Source: Phyllobates terribilis (lineage: Eukaryota). Taken from it: DNA of 64,000 nucleotides. Location of the stretch: contig NW_027362769.1 of the NCBI RefSeq assembly GCF_046119375.1, positions 359,786,001 to 359,850,000 of the forward strand, given 5' to 3'. The notes beneath the pieces were generated by a model that was given only the letters and a program-made list of their open reading frames with translations, was not told the DNA's origin and made no database searches. Below are positions 62,061 to 64,000 of the stretch, in pieces (the stretch's first letter is position 1; each line of letters starts with the position of its first letter). Both the position numbers and the translations under genes were made by a program.

Positions 62061-64000
62061 TTATGTTACACTGCTATCATTCGGTGGTGTAGAGAAGTCT
62101 TGCCCAATCCATCCCTTGTTTATTTTTATAAGAGTCAACATGTCAGCATTTTCAGTTGACAGGCAGAAGCGCTTATCAGTTATAATTCCACCAGCGGCAC
62201 TAAATACCCGCTCTGATAAAACGCTGGCGGCAAGGCAGGCCAGGACCTCCAAGGCATAGAGAGCCAGTTCATTCCACGTATCCTGCTTGGATACCCAATA
62301 ATTATAAGGCACAGCGGAATCACAGAGGACGTTGGTATGGTCGGCAAGGTACTCCCTCAGCATCTTCCCAAACTTTGCACTCCTTGTGAGAGTACCCCGC
62401 ACCTCAGGGCCTGTGCGATGGGAGGGTCTGAGAAAACGCTCCCAGAACTTTGACAGTGTTCCCTGGCCTCAGCTGGATTGGAGTTGTGTCTCTCTCGCCT
62501 GTACTCCTTGGTTATCCAACGAAGTGTGCCCTCTGCTGCCAGCGTTTTCAGATGGGAATTTTTTTAATAGTTCCGCAACAAGGGCCTTCTGGTACTGCCC
62601 CATTTTTGTAGACCTGTCCGCCTCAGGAATAAGAGATATAAAGTTCTCCTTGTAGCGTGGGTCTAGAAGTATCACCAACCAGTAATGACTGTCACCCAAA
62701 ATTTTGAGAACGCGAGGGTCATGGGAAAGGCAGCGTAACATAAACTCAGTCATGCGTGCCAGACTACTAACAGGCAAGACTTCCATGTCCTCACCAAGAG
62801 GATGACTGACCATGCTCTCCTCCTCCTCCTCTCTGTCCTCTGGCCATCCACGCTGAACAGACTGTATGACAGCTGAGCAGGTAGTACCGTCTATAGTGAC
62901 AGCTGAGCAGGTAGTACCGTCCTCCTCCTCTTCCTCATTGTCATCCAATTCATGTTGGGATGAGATGAGGCTTGGCTGTGTGTAATCACCCTTTATGGTT
63001 CCTTGCTCCATCTCTTCGTGCTCCGCCTGCAATGCATCCCCTTTGATTGTGAGCAGAAAGAGTTTCAGAAGACAGAGAAACGGGATGGTGACGCTAATTA
63101 TGGCGTCATCGCCGCTCACCATCTTGGTGGCGTCCTCAAAGTTTTGGAGAATGGTACATATGTCTGACATCCATGTCCACTCCTGAGGTCTTATGTGTGT
63201 TGTCTGAACTGAATACCGATGGCCTTGTTGATGCTGGTACTCAACAGCTGCCCTTTTCTGCTCACAAATCCTTCCCAACATCTGCAATATAGAGTTCCAA
63301 CGCGTGGGGACATCACACACCAGTCAGTGAGCCGGAAGCTGCAAATGCTGCTGAAGCATGATAAGGGCGGCAGAAGCTGTAGGTGACTTTCTAAAATGGG
63401 AACACAGACAGCATACTTTGACAAGCAGATCAGGCAGCTCTGGGTAGGATTTGAGAAATCGCTGAACCAGGAGGTTCAGCACATGGGCCAGGCATGGTAC
63501 GTTTGTGAGTTCGCCTCACCTCAGAGCAGCAACCAGGTACCGGCCCATGTCACACACGACCATGCCTGGCTGTAGGTTTAGCGGTGTGAGCCACAGAACT
63601 GCCTGCTCTTTCAGAGCTGTCCACAACTCTTCAGAATTGTGCGATTTTTCAACTAAACATATTAGCTTCTACACAGCCTGTTACCGCTTGGCCGAGGCAG
63701 TGCTGCAGTGCTTCCAGGTTGTGATTGCGACTGATGTGGTAATTTCGGAGATGGAGGCTGAGGTGCATTAGCTGTAGACTGTGGGGGCAACCCTGATTAA
63801 TCTAGGACCCGCGATCCTTGGCGTCGGGAGGACTTGTTCCGTCCCAAGGTCCGACTGGGTCCCGGCTTCCACTATGTAAACCCAGTGTGCTGTCAGCGAG
63901 ATGTACCATCCCTGCCCACAAGCACTTGTCCGTGTGTCCGTGGTTAGGTGGACTTTCCTGGTAACTGCGTTGTTGAGGGCACGGCTAATGTTTTGGGATA
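62061..64000 (-). pseudogene. hAT transposase, disrupted
   Basis: VHLTTDT, PCLAHVLNL, CDVPTRWNS, LLDPRYK, ACLAASVLSERVFSAAGG; stops and frameshifts between segments. Confidence 0.9.

Larger units (their letters stand above)
59219..64000 (-). mobile_element. Ac-like hAT remnant(s), 3' portion, running off the window
   Basis: TIR-like TAGTGATGAGC at 59219 and a nested TAGCGATGAGCGAGC at 59526 with CTCGAG/CTCGGG subterminal motifs; transposase remnants further inside. Confidence 0.8.

Overview
Eukaryotic window, most likely from an anuran amphibian (inferred from the Xenopus-type H2B sequence and the repeat landscape). Bases 1-12.3 kb hold a replication-dependent histone cluster: H3(+), H4(+), an inserted L2 LINE, and a divergent H2A(-)/H2B(+) pair. 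Each gene has TATA/CCAAT-type promoter motifs (H2B also an octamer) and a 3' stem-loop. Two minisatellites (1-1450 and 10959-11809) are tandem copies of the histone 3'-processing region that includes the U7 snRNA-binding core AGAGCTGT. From about 12.7 to 56.6 kb the sequence is almost all transposable element, nested five deep as shown by target-site duplications (TSDs) and sequence continuity: L2 > 33.7-kb Tip100-like hAT > CR1 > 22.5-kb Ac-like hAT > intact chromodomain Gypsy. The inner hAT also carries a ~110-bp satellite with a 437-bp higher-order period, a ~1,230-codon transposase broken by one missing base, a Tc1, an L1 fragment, and a decayed 18S rRNA fragment split by a near-intact Rex1-like LINE. 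At 56.7-58.9 kb is a pseudogenised second H2A/H2B pair: H2A has lost its ATG and has a solo LTR insertion, and H2B has a +1 frameshift. A further hAT remnant runs from 59.2 kb off the window end. No tRNA, functional rRNA gene or CRISPR array was seen. All alignments and counts were made by eye.
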